DNA from: Alphaproteobacteria bacterium
GTDB lineage: Bacteria > Pseudomonadota > Alphaproteobacteria > UBA828
Assembly (NCBI GenBank): GCA_965220745.1
Contig: CBDCQT010000005.1
Location: 384,001-448,000, forward strand
Direction: 5' to 3'
DNA: 64,000 nucleotides
Within the stretch, counting starts at the first letter, position 1; every line of letters starts with the position of its first letter. The notes beneath the pieces are model-generated. The model ran no database searches and was not told the DNA's origin. It worked only from the letters and a program-made list of their open reading frames with translations. Positions 35,931-44,753 of the stretch are shown here, piece by piece. Both the position numbers and the translations under genes were made by a program.

Positions 35931-36368
35931 ATGGACCACGAGACTGACACGCACGGGATTCCGCTCACCGCGCTCCGGCAGGACTACGCCTTCAAGGCGG
36001 TCGATGACTACAACGTCCGCATGTACATCCTGCCGCACCTAGTCGATCCGGAAAGCCGCGCCAGGATCATCGCCGAGCACAAGGCCGACCCGCTCTACAG
36101 CCCGACCCGGCCGGGGGAGCCCGCGCCAGTCTACAGCCAGGTCCTGGTCCGCCTGATCGACAAGCTCCGCGTGGTGCCGACCGCGGGCAAGCACATCATC
36201 GTCGAGACCGAGCCCGGCAGCGAGTACACCATCGCGCTGCTGCCGGCGTCGCGCGGCGAGACCGTCGTGCTCACCGAGGAGACCTACGCGACCAGGGGCG
36301 AGGCCGACCACGCGATCTTCCTCAAGCGGCTGAAGGCGCTCCTCGTTTCCTACGGCATCGAGATGTAG
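35931..36368 (+). CDS. N,N-dimethylformamidase-family small (alpha) subunit
   Basis: IIAEHKADP..S..L.RL...LR..PT.GK and YATRGEADHAIFLKRL resemble DmfA1; directly precedes the large subunit. Confidence 0.75.
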   Translation: MDHETDTHGIPLTALRQDYAFKAVDDYNVRMYILPHLVDPESRARIIAEHKADPLYSPTRPGEPAPVYSQVLVRLIDKLRVVPTAGKHIIVETEPGSEYTIALLPASRGETVVLTEETYATRGEADHAIFLKRLKALLVSYGIEM

Positions 36369-36380
36369 GGGCGCGATCCG

Positions 36381-38774
36381 ATGAGCGACAAGCAGGACCG
36401 CATGCTCCGCATCACCGGCTACTCGGACCGCCTCTCGGTCCGGCCGGGCGAGGTGATTACCTTCTACGTCCATTCCGAGGAGAACGAGGCCTACGAGGCG
36501 CAGATCGTGCGCCTGATTCACGGTGACACGAGCCCCGAAGGCCCCGGCTTCAAGGAAGAGCCGGTGGAGGCGGCTGTGAACGGCGCGTATCCCGGCGCCC
36601 ATCAGCGGATCGACGCCGGCAGCTACATCGTCGTGCCGCACGACGCGCGGCTCGCGGTCGAGAGCTTCACCCTCTGCGCCTACGTCTACCCCACGCTGCC
36701 GGCGCTCGGGATGCAGGGCCTGCTCACCAAGTGGAACGAGGCGGACGGCACGGGCTTCGGCCTCTTCATCGACGAAAACGCCACGCTCTGCCTGCGGATC
36801 GGCCGGGGCGCCGGCGCCGAGGAGCGGGTCTCTAGCGGGCGCCCGCTCTTCCGCAACGTCTGGTACCAGGTGAGCGCCGCCTACGATGCGGAGAGCGGGC
36901 GGGTCCGGCTGGTCCAGCGGCCTTGGGTGACGCAGGCCAACGGCGGCTTCGGCATGAGCCTGATTCACCCGCTGGAGGACACGGCGGCCGAGGTCGAAAC
37001 ACACGTCAAACCCGGCCCGCCGGCGCCCAACGCGTGCCCGTTCCTGATGGCCGCGAGCGTGGCCGAGCCGGCTTCGGGCCGCACCATCTTCGGTGCCCAC
37101 TTCGCGGGGCTCGCCGAGCCCTGGCCGCTCCCGATCCACACCCACAAGTTCAACGGCCGGCTGGATCGCCCCAAGCTCGCGAACCGGGCGCTGGCCCAGG
37201 CGGAGATCGACGCCCTCCTCGCCGGCCCCGGCATCGGCCATCTGCCGCTCGCCGCCCGCGACTCGGTTGTCGGCGCCTGGGATTTTAGCGCCAACATCCG
37301 CGACAACGCAGCCTCGACCGAAATCGTCGATACGGGCTCCTTCGCGCTGCACGGCCGCGGCGTCAACATGCCGGTGCGCGCCATGCCGGGGTTCAACTGG
37401 ACCTCGGACTACATGAGCTACCGCCACGGGCGCGAGGAATACGGCGCCATCCATTTCCACGACGAATCCGTGGACGACGCACGCTGGGAGCCCGCCTTCA
37501 CCTTCACGGTGCCGGACGACCTGAAGAGCGGCGTCTACGCGGCGCGGCTGCGGATCGGCGGCGTCGAATCGCCCGAGACCGAGGACTATCTGCCCTTCTT
37601 CGTCCGCCCGCCGGCGAGCGGACCCACCGCGCGCATCGCGCTGGTGATGTCGACGGTGAGCTACCTCGCCTACGCCAACGACAATCTCGGCGTGACCTCC
37701 CCGGTGGCCCAGCTGCTCACCGCCCGCGCGCCGATGCTGCAGCCGAGCGACCTGCTGCTGAACAAGAAGGAGGGCTACGGCCTCGGCACCTATTCCACCT
37801 ATCGGGACGGCTGGGGCGTCACCGACTCCTCGGCGCTTCGGCCGATCCTCAACATGCGACCCAAATACTCGCACCTCTTCTCACCCTCGGTCTGGCAGTT
37901 CAATGCCGACCTCCACCTGGTCGACTGGCTGGAGGCGATGGGCTATGCGGTCGATATCCATACCGAGGAGGACGTGCATCGGGAGGGCGTCGGTCTGCTC
38001 AGCCAGTACCGCGTGGTGCTGACCGCCCACCATCCGGAATACGTCTCCGAGCAGATCATGGACGCCTACCAGGAATACCAGCTTCGGGGCGGGCGCTGGC
38101 TCTATCTCGCGGCCAACGGCTTCTACTGGGTGACCGAGTTCCACCCGGACAACCCGAACCTGGTCGAGGTGCGGAAGGGCGATCAGGGTTCCCGCGCCTG
38201 GACCGGCATGCCCGGCGAATACTGCAACGCCTTCGACGGCAAGCACGGCGGTGCCTGGCGCATTCGCGGGCGGCCGATGGCGAACCTGCTGGGCGTGAGC
38301 TTCACCTCGTTCGGGCTGACGCAATCCTCCTATTACCGCCGCGCGCCGGACAGCGAGCGTGACGAGTGCGCCTGGATCTTCGAGGGCGTCGGCCGGGACG
38401 AGCCGATCGGAGATTTCGGCCTGATCGGCGGCGGTGCTGCGGGCCTGGAGCTCGACCGCGCCGATCTCGAGCTCGGCACGCCGCACCGCGCCTTCCTGCT
38501 GGCCCATTCGGAAGGCCATTCAGACATCTTCGTACCGGTGACCGAGGAGATCACCTACTCATCGCGCGGCCAGCTTCTCACCGGCACCGGCGAGACCAAC
38601 CCGAAGATCCGCGCGGACATGGTCTACTTCAAGACGCCGCAGGAGGGCGCGGTCTTCTCGGTGGGCTCAATGGCCTGGTGCGGCTCGCTCTCCCACAACG
38701 GCTACGACAACAACGTCTCCCGCATCACCAGGAACGTGATCGATGGCTTCCTGCGCGCAGGCCCGCTGCCCTGA
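36381..38774 (+). CDS. N,N-dimethylformamidase-family large (beta) subunit
   Basis: [29 protein letters not shown], LamG-like domain, [54 protein letters not shown]. Confidence 0.92.
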   Translation: MSDKQDRMLRITGYSDRLSVRPGEVITFYVHSEENEAYEAQIVRLIHGDTSPEGPGFKEEPVEAAVNGAYPGAHQRIDAGSYIVVPHDARLAVESFTLCAYVYPTLPALGMQGLLTKWNEADGTGFGLFIDENATLCLRIGRGAGAEERVSSGRPLFRNVWYQVSAAYDAESGRVRLVQRPWVTQANGGFGMSLIHPLEDTAAEVETHVKPGPPAPNACPFLMAASVAEPASGRTIFGAHFAGLAEPWPLPIHTHKFNGRLDRPKLANRALAQAEIDALLAGPGIGHLPLAARDSVVGAWDFSANIRDNAASTEIVDTGSFALHGRGVNMPVRAMPGFNWTSDYMSYRHGREEYGAIHFHDESVDDARWEPAFTFTVPDDLKSGVYAARLRIGGVESPETEDYLPFFVRPPASGPTARIALVMSTVSYLAYANDNLGVTSPVAQLLTARAPMLQPSDLLLNKKEGYGLGTYSTYRDGWGVTDSSALRPILNMRPKYSHLFSPSVWQFNADLHLVDWLEAMGYAVDIHTEEDVHREGVGLLSQYRVVLTAHHPEYVSEQIMDAYQEYQLRGGRWLYLAANGFYWVTEFHPDNPNLVEVRKGDQGSRAWTGMPGEYCNAFDGKHGGAWRIRGRPMANLLGVSFTSFGLTQSSYYRRAPDSERDECAWIFEGVGRDEPIGDFGLIGGGAAGLELDRADLELGTPHRAFLLAHSEGHSDIFVPVTEEITYSSRGQLLTGTGETNPKIRADMVYFKTPQEGAVFSVGSMAWCGSLSHNGYDNNVSRITRNVIDGFLRAGPLP

Positions 38775-38785
38775 TATCAACTCCA

Positions 38786-38814
38786 TTGAACGGCCCGCTG
38801 GCGGCGGATACCAT
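38786..38814 (+). promoter_or_regulatory. Putative sigma70 promoter for the nitrile hydratase genes (TTGAAC-N17-TACCAT)
   Basis: Hexamers at 38786 and 38809 in the 73-nt gap after the DMFase gene; GGGAG SD at about 38835. Confidence 0.5.
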
Positions 38815-38847
38815 CGCGTGAGGGTGGCGAAACAGGGAGTTCAGGCC

Positions 38848-39456
38848 ATGGCACACGATCACGCCCACAACGCGCCTCCATCCGAGACGGCGATGCGCGT
38901 GAAGGCTCTGGAGACGCTCCTCACCGAGAAGGGTCTGCTCGACCCCGCCGCCATCGACGCACTGGTCGAGACCTACGAGACCAAGATCGGCCCGCGCAAC
39001 GGCGCCAAGGTGGTGGCCCGGGCGTGGACCGACCCGGACTACAAGCAGAGGCTGCTCGAAGACGGGAGCGCGGCGATCGCCGAGCTCGGCTTCAGCGGCG
39101 TGCAGGGCGAGGACATGGTGGTCGTCGAGAACACCGACGACGTGCACAACCTGGTCACCTGCACGCTCTGCTCCTGCTATCCGTGGCCGACGCTGGGGCT
39201 GCCGCCCATCTGGTTCAAGAGCGCCCCCTACCGGGCTCGCTCGGTCATCGACCCGCGCGGCGTGCTCGAGGAATTCGGCGTCGAGCTCTCCGACGACGTC
39301 GAGGTGCGGGTGTGGGACAGCAGCGCCGAGCTCCGCTACCTGGTCCTGCCGCAGCGCCCGGCCGGGACGGAAGGCCTGAGCGAGGTCGAGCTGGCGGCGC
39401 TGGTGACCCGCGATTCCATGATCGGCACGGCGCTGGTCGAAGCGCCCGCGAGCTGA
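38848..39456 (+). CDS. nthA: Cobalt-type nitrile hydratase alpha subunit
   Basis: [28 protein letters not shown] (CTLCSCY is the Co-type signature), [25 protein letters not shown]. Confidence 0.95.
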   Translation: MAHDHAHNAPPSETAMRVKALETLLTEKGLLDPAAIDALVETYETKIGPRNGAKVVARAWTDPDYKQRLLEDGSAAIAELGFSGVQGEDMVVVENTDDVHNLVTCTLCSCYPWPTLGLPPIWFKSAPYRARSVIDPRGVLEEFGVELSDDVEVRVWDSSAELRYLVLPQRPAGTEGLSEVELAALVTRDSMIGTALVEAPAS

Positions 39457-39482
39457 CCGGCGGTTCCGAAGGGAGCACAGCG

Positions 39483-39797
39483 ATGAACGGCATCCATGAC
39501 ATGGGCGGCATGCAGTGCATGGGCCCGATCGTCCGCGAGGAGAACGAGCCCCAGTTCCACGAGGGGTGGGAAGGCCGGGTCTTCGGCATGTTCTTCACGA
39601 ACTTCGCCGAGGGCCACTTCAACGTGGACATGTTCCGCCACGCCATCGAGCGGATGGGCCCGGCCGAGTATCTTGAGACCTCGTATTACGAGCACTGGCT
39701 GCACGTCTACGAGACCGTGCTGGTGGAGCGGGGCATCCTGACCCAGGCCGAGATCGACGAGAAGATTGCCAGCCTTCGCGAAGCGGGAGGATCGTGA
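39483..39797 (+). CDS. Nitrile hydratase beta subunit, N-terminal half (separate gene)
   Basis: MNGIHDMGGM, FHEGWEGR, FRHAIERM, SYYEHWL; 104 aa, TGA at 39795-39797. Confidence 0.9.
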   Translation: MNGIHDMGGMQCMGPIVREENEPQFHEGWEGRVFGMFFTNFAEGHFNVDMFRHAIERMGPAEYLETSYYEHWLHVYETVLVERGILTQAEIDEKIASLREAGGS

Positions 39798-40150
39798 TGC
39801 CAACGCTGACGCCTGAGATGGTCCCGGGTCTGGTCGCCGGCGGCGCGTCCTGCCGGATGGATGTGGACGTCGCGCCGAAGTTCAAGGTCGGCGACGCGGT
39901 CAAGGCCCGCGACATCAACCCCGTGTCCCACACCAGGCTGCCGCGCTACATCCGCGGCAGGACCGGACGGATCGCGCGCGATCACGGCGTCTTCGCGTTC
40001 CCGGACACGTCGGCCGCATCGGGCACCCACTGCGACCCGCAGCACGTCTACAGCGTCCGCTTCGAGGGGAGCGAGCTCTGGGGCGACCACGCGAACGCGA
40101 ACGCCTGCGTCTACATCGATCTCTTCGACGACTATCTCGATAGCGCATGA
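39797..40150 (+). CDS. Nitrile hydratase beta subunit, C-terminal SH3-like half (separate gene)
   Basis: FKVGDAV, HTRLPRYIRGRTG, GVFAFPD, PQHVYSVRF...ELWG, IDLFDDYL; own GGAGG SD and TGATG coupling. Confidence 0.9.
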   Translation: MPTLTPEMVPGLVAGGASCRMDVDVAPKFKVGDAVKARDINPVSHTRLPRYIRGRTGRIARDHGVFAFPDTSAASGTHCDPQHVYSVRFEGSELWGDHANANACVYIDLFDDYLDSA

Positions 40151-40521
40151 GCGACGCGCCATCGGCCGACGACCTGCCGAAGCTTCCCTGGGAGGCTGAA
40201 GACGGGCCGGTCTTCAAGGAGCCGTGGGAGGCGACCGCCTTCGCCATGGCAGTGCGGCTGTCGGAGGCCGGCAAGTTCACCTGGTCGGAGTGGGTCGATT
40301 ATCTCTCGGCGGAGATCGCGGCGGCGAAGCGGAGCGGCGATCCCGATCTCGGCGATCGCTACTACGAGCACTGGCTGAGCGCGCTCGAGAAGCTCGTGAT
40401 CGACAAGGGCCTCGGTTCGGAGGCGGAGCTTGCCGGCCTCAAGCATGACTGGACCGAGGCGACGATCCACACCCCCCACGGCCAGCCCATCGAACTGAAA
40501 AAGCGGGCACCGGCCACCTGA
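40147..40521 (+). CDS. Nitrile hydratase accessory/activator protein (P14K/NhlE-like)
   Basis: PVFKEPWEATAFAMAV.L, FTWSEW, YYEHWLSALEKL, C-terminal TPHGQPIEL; ATGA overlap. Confidence 0.9.
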   Translation: MSDAPSADDLPKLPWEAEDGPVFKEPWEATAFAMAVRLSEAGKFTWSEWVDYLSAEIAAAKRSGDPDLGDRYYEHWLSALEKLVIDKGLGSEAELAGLKHDWTEATIHTPHGQPIELKKRAPAT

Positions 40522-40584
40522 TCGAGCAGGCGCCGGCGCCGCCCCGATACGATTGCGCCGGTCGGCGCAGCGAGGAGACGACAA

Positions 40585-41769
40585 GTGCCAGGACCGCTCG
40601 ACGGCTACCGAGTCATCGACCTCACGTCGATGGTCTCCGGCCCCTTCGCCACCATGATGCTGGGCGACCAGGGCGCCGAGGTGATCAAGGTGGAGTCCAT
40701 CGGCCAGGGCGATCACACGCGCACGGGCAGCAACCGCTCCAACGGGCTCGCCTCGGGCTTCCTCAACGTCAACCGCAACAAGCGCTCCATCGCCGTCAAC
40801 CTGAAGGACCCGCGCGGGCGGGACGCCGTGATCCGGCTCGCGAAGAGTGCCGACGTCTTCATCCAGAACTTCCGGCCGGGCGTGGTCGAGCGGCTGGGGG
40901 TCGGCGAGCCGGAGATTCGGGCGGTGAACGAGCGCATCATCTACGTCTCGATCAACGGGTTCGGCGAGAGCGGCCCCTACGCGCACAAGCGGGTCTATGA
41001 CCCGATCATCCAGGCCGCGTCGGGTCTGGCGTCGGTCCAGGGCGGCTCGGACGATGCGCGCCCCCGCCTGGTGCGCACCATCCTGCCCGACAAGCTGACC
41101 GGCGTGACCGCAGCGCAGGCTGTCACCGCCGCGCTGCTCGCCCGCGAGCGCACGGGCGAGGGCCAGCACGTGCGCCTCTCCATGCTCGATGCCGTGGTTT
41201 CGTTCCTCTGGGCGTCGGACATGGGCGGCCAGACCTTCCTCGAACAGGCGCCGACGGAGCAGCGAGCCGCGAGCTTCATCGACCTCATCTACGAGACGAA
41301 GGACGGCCACATGAGCGTCGCGGTGATGAGCGACCGCGAGTGGGTCGGGCTCACCCGTGCGCTGGAGCGGCCCGAGTGGCTGGAGGACGCGCGCTTCAAG
41401 ACGCCGGCGCTCCGCGACGAGAATATCGACGATCGCCTCTCGCTCACCCAGGAGGTGCTGCGCGGCCGGACCACCGATGAGTGGATGGAGCGGCTGGAGG
41501 CCGAAGGTGTGCCCTGCGCGCCGGTGCTGACCCGGAGCGCACTGGTCGAGCACCCGCAGGTCGCCGCCGCCGGCACGCTCGTCGAAGCCGACCATCCCGT
41601 CGCCGGCAGGATGCGCCAGGCGCGGCCTGCGGCCCGCTTCGAGGCGACGCCCAGCGCAATCCGCTGCGGCGCGCCTCTGCTCGGCGAGCACACCAACGAG
41701 CTGCTCGCCGAGGCCGGGCTTTCCGCCAACGAGATCGCCGCGCTGCACGACGCCGGCGTCGTCGCCTGA
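40585..41769 (+). CDS. Family III (CaiB/BaiF/Frc) CoA-transferase
   Basis: GPLDGYRVIDLT..SGP, GAEVIKVE, NRNKRSI, IQNFRPG, LPDKLTG (probable catalytic Asp), APLLGEHT. Confidence 0.92.
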   Translation: MPGPLDGYRVIDLTSMVSGPFATMMLGDQGAEVIKVESIGQGDHTRTGSNRSNGLASGFLNVNRNKRSIAVNLKDPRGRDAVIRLAKSADVFIQNFRPGVVERLGVGEPEIRAVNERIIYVSINGFGESGPYAHKRVYDPIIQAASGLASVQGGSDDARPRLVRTILPDKLTGVTAAQAVTAALLARERTGEGQHVRLSMLDAVVSFLWASDMGGQTFLEQAPTEQRAASFIDLIYETKDGHMSVAVMSDREWVGLTRALERPEWLEDARFKTPALRDENIDDRLSLTQEVLRGRTTDEWMERLEAEGVPCAPVLTRSALVEHPQVAAAGTLVEADHPVAGRMRQARPAARFEATPSAIRCGAPLLGEHTNELLAEAGLSANEIAALHDAGVVA

Positions 41770-41785
41770 GACCCCCACGGTCTCC

Positions 41786-43330
41786 ATGAGCTGGGAGAAG
41801 GAGGTCGCCGAGCTCGCGCGCAAGCGGGCGCTCGCCCAGGCCCAGGGCGGGGAGGAGGGCGTCGCTCGCCAGCACGCCAGGGGGCTGCTGACGATCCGCG
41901 AGCGGATCAACGCCATGCTCGACGGCGGCTCCTTTCAGGAGCTGGGCGGCGCCTCGGGCGACGCCACCCGTGACGGCCAAGGGCGGCTTACAGACTTCTC
42001 GCCGGCCAACTTCGTGCTCGGCTTCGGCACGGTCGACGGGCGCCGCTGCGTCATCGGCGGCGAGGACTTCACCCTCCGAGGCGGCTCGCCCAACGAAGCC
42101 GGCTTGCGCAAGAGCGTCTATGCGGAGGAGCTCGCCTGCACCTACCGCGTGCCTCTGGTGCGCCTGCATCAGGGCGCGGGCGGCAGCGTCGCCGGCTCCG
42201 GCTCGAAGACGGTGGGCACACCGGTCAACGCCGCGCCGCGCTTCGCGTCCGTGGCGCGCGCGATGGCCACCGTGCCGGTCGCCTCGGCGGCGCTCGGTGC
42301 GGTCGCGGGCCTGCCTGCAGCGCGCCTCGTGGCCTCGCACTTCTCGGTGATGACCGAAGCGTCACAGGTGCTGGTCGCGGGCCCCGCCGTGGTCGCGCGT
42401 GCTCTCGGCCGCCGCCCGAGCAAGGAGGCGCTCGGCGGCGCGGCGGTCCATGCCAGGAACGGCGTGGTCGACAACCTGGTGGCTGACGAGCCCGCGGCCT
42501 TTGCCGAGATTCGGCGCTTTCTCAGCTACTTGCCGCCGAACGTCTGGGAGCTTGCCCCCTGCACGGCGGCCGACGATCCGGCGGACCGCCGCGCCGAGGA
42601 GCTGATCGAGATCGTGCCGCGCAACCGGCGCAAGCTCTACGACATGCGGCGCGTGATCGCGCTGGTGCTGGACGAGGGCTCGTTCTTCGAGATCGGCCGG
42701 CTCTACGGGCAAGGCACGATCACCGGCCTCGCCCGGCTCGCGGGCCAGCCGGTCGGCGTGCTCGCCAACGACTGCTGGCACCTGGCCGGCGCGATGACCG
42801 CAGCGGGCTCGCAGAAGACGCGCCGCTTCATCGAGCTCTGCGACACCTTCCACCTGCCAATCGTGAGCCTGGTGGACGAGCCCGGCTTCATGCTGGGGAC
42901 GGAGGCGGAGAAGGCCGGCACGATCCGCTTCGGCACCGCCGCCGTGCTGGCGGCAGCGAGCTCAGTGGTGCCTTGGGCGTCGGTGATCGTGCGCAAGGCA
43001 CACGGCGTCGCCGTGGCCGCGCACTTCGGCCCGGACGGGTTCGTCGTCGCCTGGCCCTCTGCCGAGATGGGGGCGCTCCCGGTGGAGGGCGGCGTGGCGG
43101 TGGCCTTCGGCCGCCAGATCGCCAGGGCCGACGATCCCATAGCGGAGCGCGAGCGGCTGGAGGAGGAGATGCTCACGCGGCAGTCTCCGGTGCCGCGCGC
43201 GGAGAGTTTTTCGTTCCACGAGCTGATCGATCCACGCGAGACCCGCCCGGTGCTCTGCGACTGGATCGCCTGCGTCCAGCCGCTGCTCCCGAACCTGAAG
43301 GGCCCGACGAGCTTTCCCGTGCGGCCTTAG
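41786..43330 (+). CDS. Acyl-CoA carboxylase/decarboxylase carboxyltransferase (beta) subunit
   Basis: RQHARG.LTIRERI..LD.GSF.E, EDFTLRGGS, AGPAVV, HARNGVVD, FIELCDTFHLPIVSLVDEPGF, LIDPRETR. Confidence 0.9.
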   Translation: MSWEKEVAELARKRALAQAQGGEEGVARQHARGLLTIRERINAMLDGGSFQELGGASGDATRDGQGRLTDFSPANFVLGFGTVDGRRCVIGGEDFTLRGGSPNEAGLRKSVYAEELACTYRVPLVRLHQGAGGSVAGSGSKTVGTPVNAAPRFASVARAMATVPVASAALGAVAGLPAARLVASHFSVMTEASQVLVAGPAVVARALGRRPSKEALGGAAVHARNGVVDNLVADEPAAFAEIRRFLSYLPPNVWELAPCTAADDPADRRAEELIEIVPRNRRKLYDMRRVIALVLDEGSFFEIGRLYGQGTITGLARLAGQPVGVLANDCWHLAGAMTAAGSQKTRRFIELCDTFHLPIVSLVDEPGFMLGTEAEKAGTIRFGTAAVLAAASSVVPWASVIVRKAHGVAVAAHFGPDGFVVAWPSAEMGALPVEGGVAVAFGRQIARADDPIAERERLEEEMLTRQSPVPRAESFSFHELIDPRETRPVLCDWIACVQPLLPNLKGPTSFPVRP

Positions 43331-44658
43331 TTCGCCATCGCTCGAGCGCTCTCTCCAAGCGAGCGGCTGAAGGGGCAATCCGGTTTCAAGGATATGCGCT
43401 CGTTCGCGAGCGCCTGCGCGAGGCCGTGCTGGCCGTCGCGCATCGCCGCCTCCGTCAGCGTGCGGTGGACGATGTCGCGCTGGGCGTGGCTGCCGCCGAA
43501 AGCCTGGGCCCGGTAGCGCACCGGCAACAGCAGGTCTACCGTCTCGCCGTAACGCTCGGCGCCGAAGGCGCGGACGCCGCGCAGGATGGGCAGCCCGACC
43601 TCGCGAGTCATGCGGGCGTTGGTGCCCGACCCCTCCGCGGTCTCCGCCGCCACCCGCTCCAGGGCGTCGGCGGCCTGGTCCCGGCCGGTCGCGACGTAGG
43701 CCATTATCGCGTGCATGTCGTTGAACGCGTAGAAGCCGTGCTCGGCCACCGTCTCGTAGGTCGCGGCCAGCTCTTCGTAGCGCCCGCCGGTATCGATCCC
43801 GCGCAGGCGGAGGCGCCAGAGCAGCGCGGCGGCATCCAGCATCTCGAGCTGAATTTCCGAGGGCTCGGGCCTGAGCGCGCCGTCGTAAATCTCCAACACC
43901 CGGTCGAAGCGATCGTTGTCGAGATTGAAGAGCGCGACGTGCCACCAGTTGTGGAAGGCGAAGCCGTTGTCGTCCTGCGCCCAGTGGGCCTTGCGCCCTT
44001 CCATGAAGGCGATGCCTTCCTCCTGCCGGGCCTGCATCTCCATGATGTGGCAGACCGCATGCTGGGCCCAGCAGTCGTCCGGCTCCAGCTCGATGGCCTG
44101 CCGGCCGGCGTCCTCCGCCGCGCCGTAGTCCCCGCACTCTTCGAGGCCGAAGGCGGCCATGCCGAGCAGGAAGCCGTATCCGGGGTCGTCCCGGCTGTAG
44201 GCCGGGAGCGCGCGGGCGACGCGGCCGCGCAGGTTGTCCCGGTTGCCGAGGAAGAAGTCGGAGAGATGGCCGACCTGGAGCGCCACCACATCGCGCGGCT
44301 CGTCGGCGACGACGCGATCCAGCCGCGCCGCCATCCCGTCCCAGTCGCCGGCGGCCCAGTCCGCGATCGCCGCGATGTGGGCGCGTTCGCGCTCCGTCGC
44401 CGTGCCCGCAAGCTCGCCGAGGCGGCCAAGCATCGCCTTGACGTCGGGCAGCACGGTCTTCTCCCAGAGCATGGTGTGCATCTCGGCGCGGAAGATATGC
44501 CCCGCCACGAAGTCCGGATCGTCCGTCAGCGCCCGATCGATGGTCTCGACCGCATCGCCCCGGTAGCACTGGAACTGGCGTATCGCCGTCTCCAGGATTT
44601 CCAGGCTCTTGGGATTGGTCGCCGATGTGGGCACGCCACGCGCGTCACTCAGGGCCAC
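43327..44658 (-). CDS. TTC38-like tetratricopeptide repeat protein
   Basis: ERERAH, P.DVVALQVGH..DFFLG, GMAAFGLEE, D.WAQHAVCH, HNWWH, DAAALLWR, GGSHAQRD; GTG start after GAGGA. Confidence 0.85.
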   Translation of the reverse strand: MALSDARGVPTSATNPKSLEILETAIRQFQCYRGDAVETIDRALTDDPDFVAGHIFRAEMHTMLWEKTVLPDVKAMLGRLGELAGTATERERAHIAAIADWAAGDWDGMAARLDRVVADEPRDVVALQVGHLSDFFLGNRDNLRGRVARALPAYSRDDPGYGFLLGMAAFGLEECGDYGAAEDAGRQAIELEPDDCWAQHAVCHIMEMQARQEEGIAFMEGRKAHWAQDDNGFAFHNWWHVALFNLDNDRFDRVLEIYDGALRPEPSEIQLEMLDAAALLWRLRLRGIDTGGRYEELAATYETVAEHGFYAFNDMHAIMAYVATGRDQAADALERVAAETAEGSGTNARMTREVGLPILRGVRAFGAERYGETVDLLLPVRYRAQAFGGSHAQRDIVHRTLTEAAMRDGQHGLAQALANERISLKPDCPFSRSLGESARAMAN

Positions 44659-44753
44659 GGATCTGTCCTCTTCTTCGTCCAGAGCTGCCGGTGCGAAGCA
44701 AGCCAGCAATTCTACGATCCGTCCAGCCGTTTCGGGCCGGCCGCCGGGTGCGC

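Noticed and set aside
39780-39800. NHase beta as a frameshifted pseudogene
   Set aside because: Dedicated GGAGG SD, TGATG coupling, break at the domain linker and intact motifs on both sides argue for a real split
38848-40150. Calling the three-chain enzyme thiocyanate hydrolase
   Set aside because: The MNGIHDMGG beta start, alpha-beta-accessory order and P14K-like accessory protein look like canonical Co-NHase; substrate cannot be assigned from sequence
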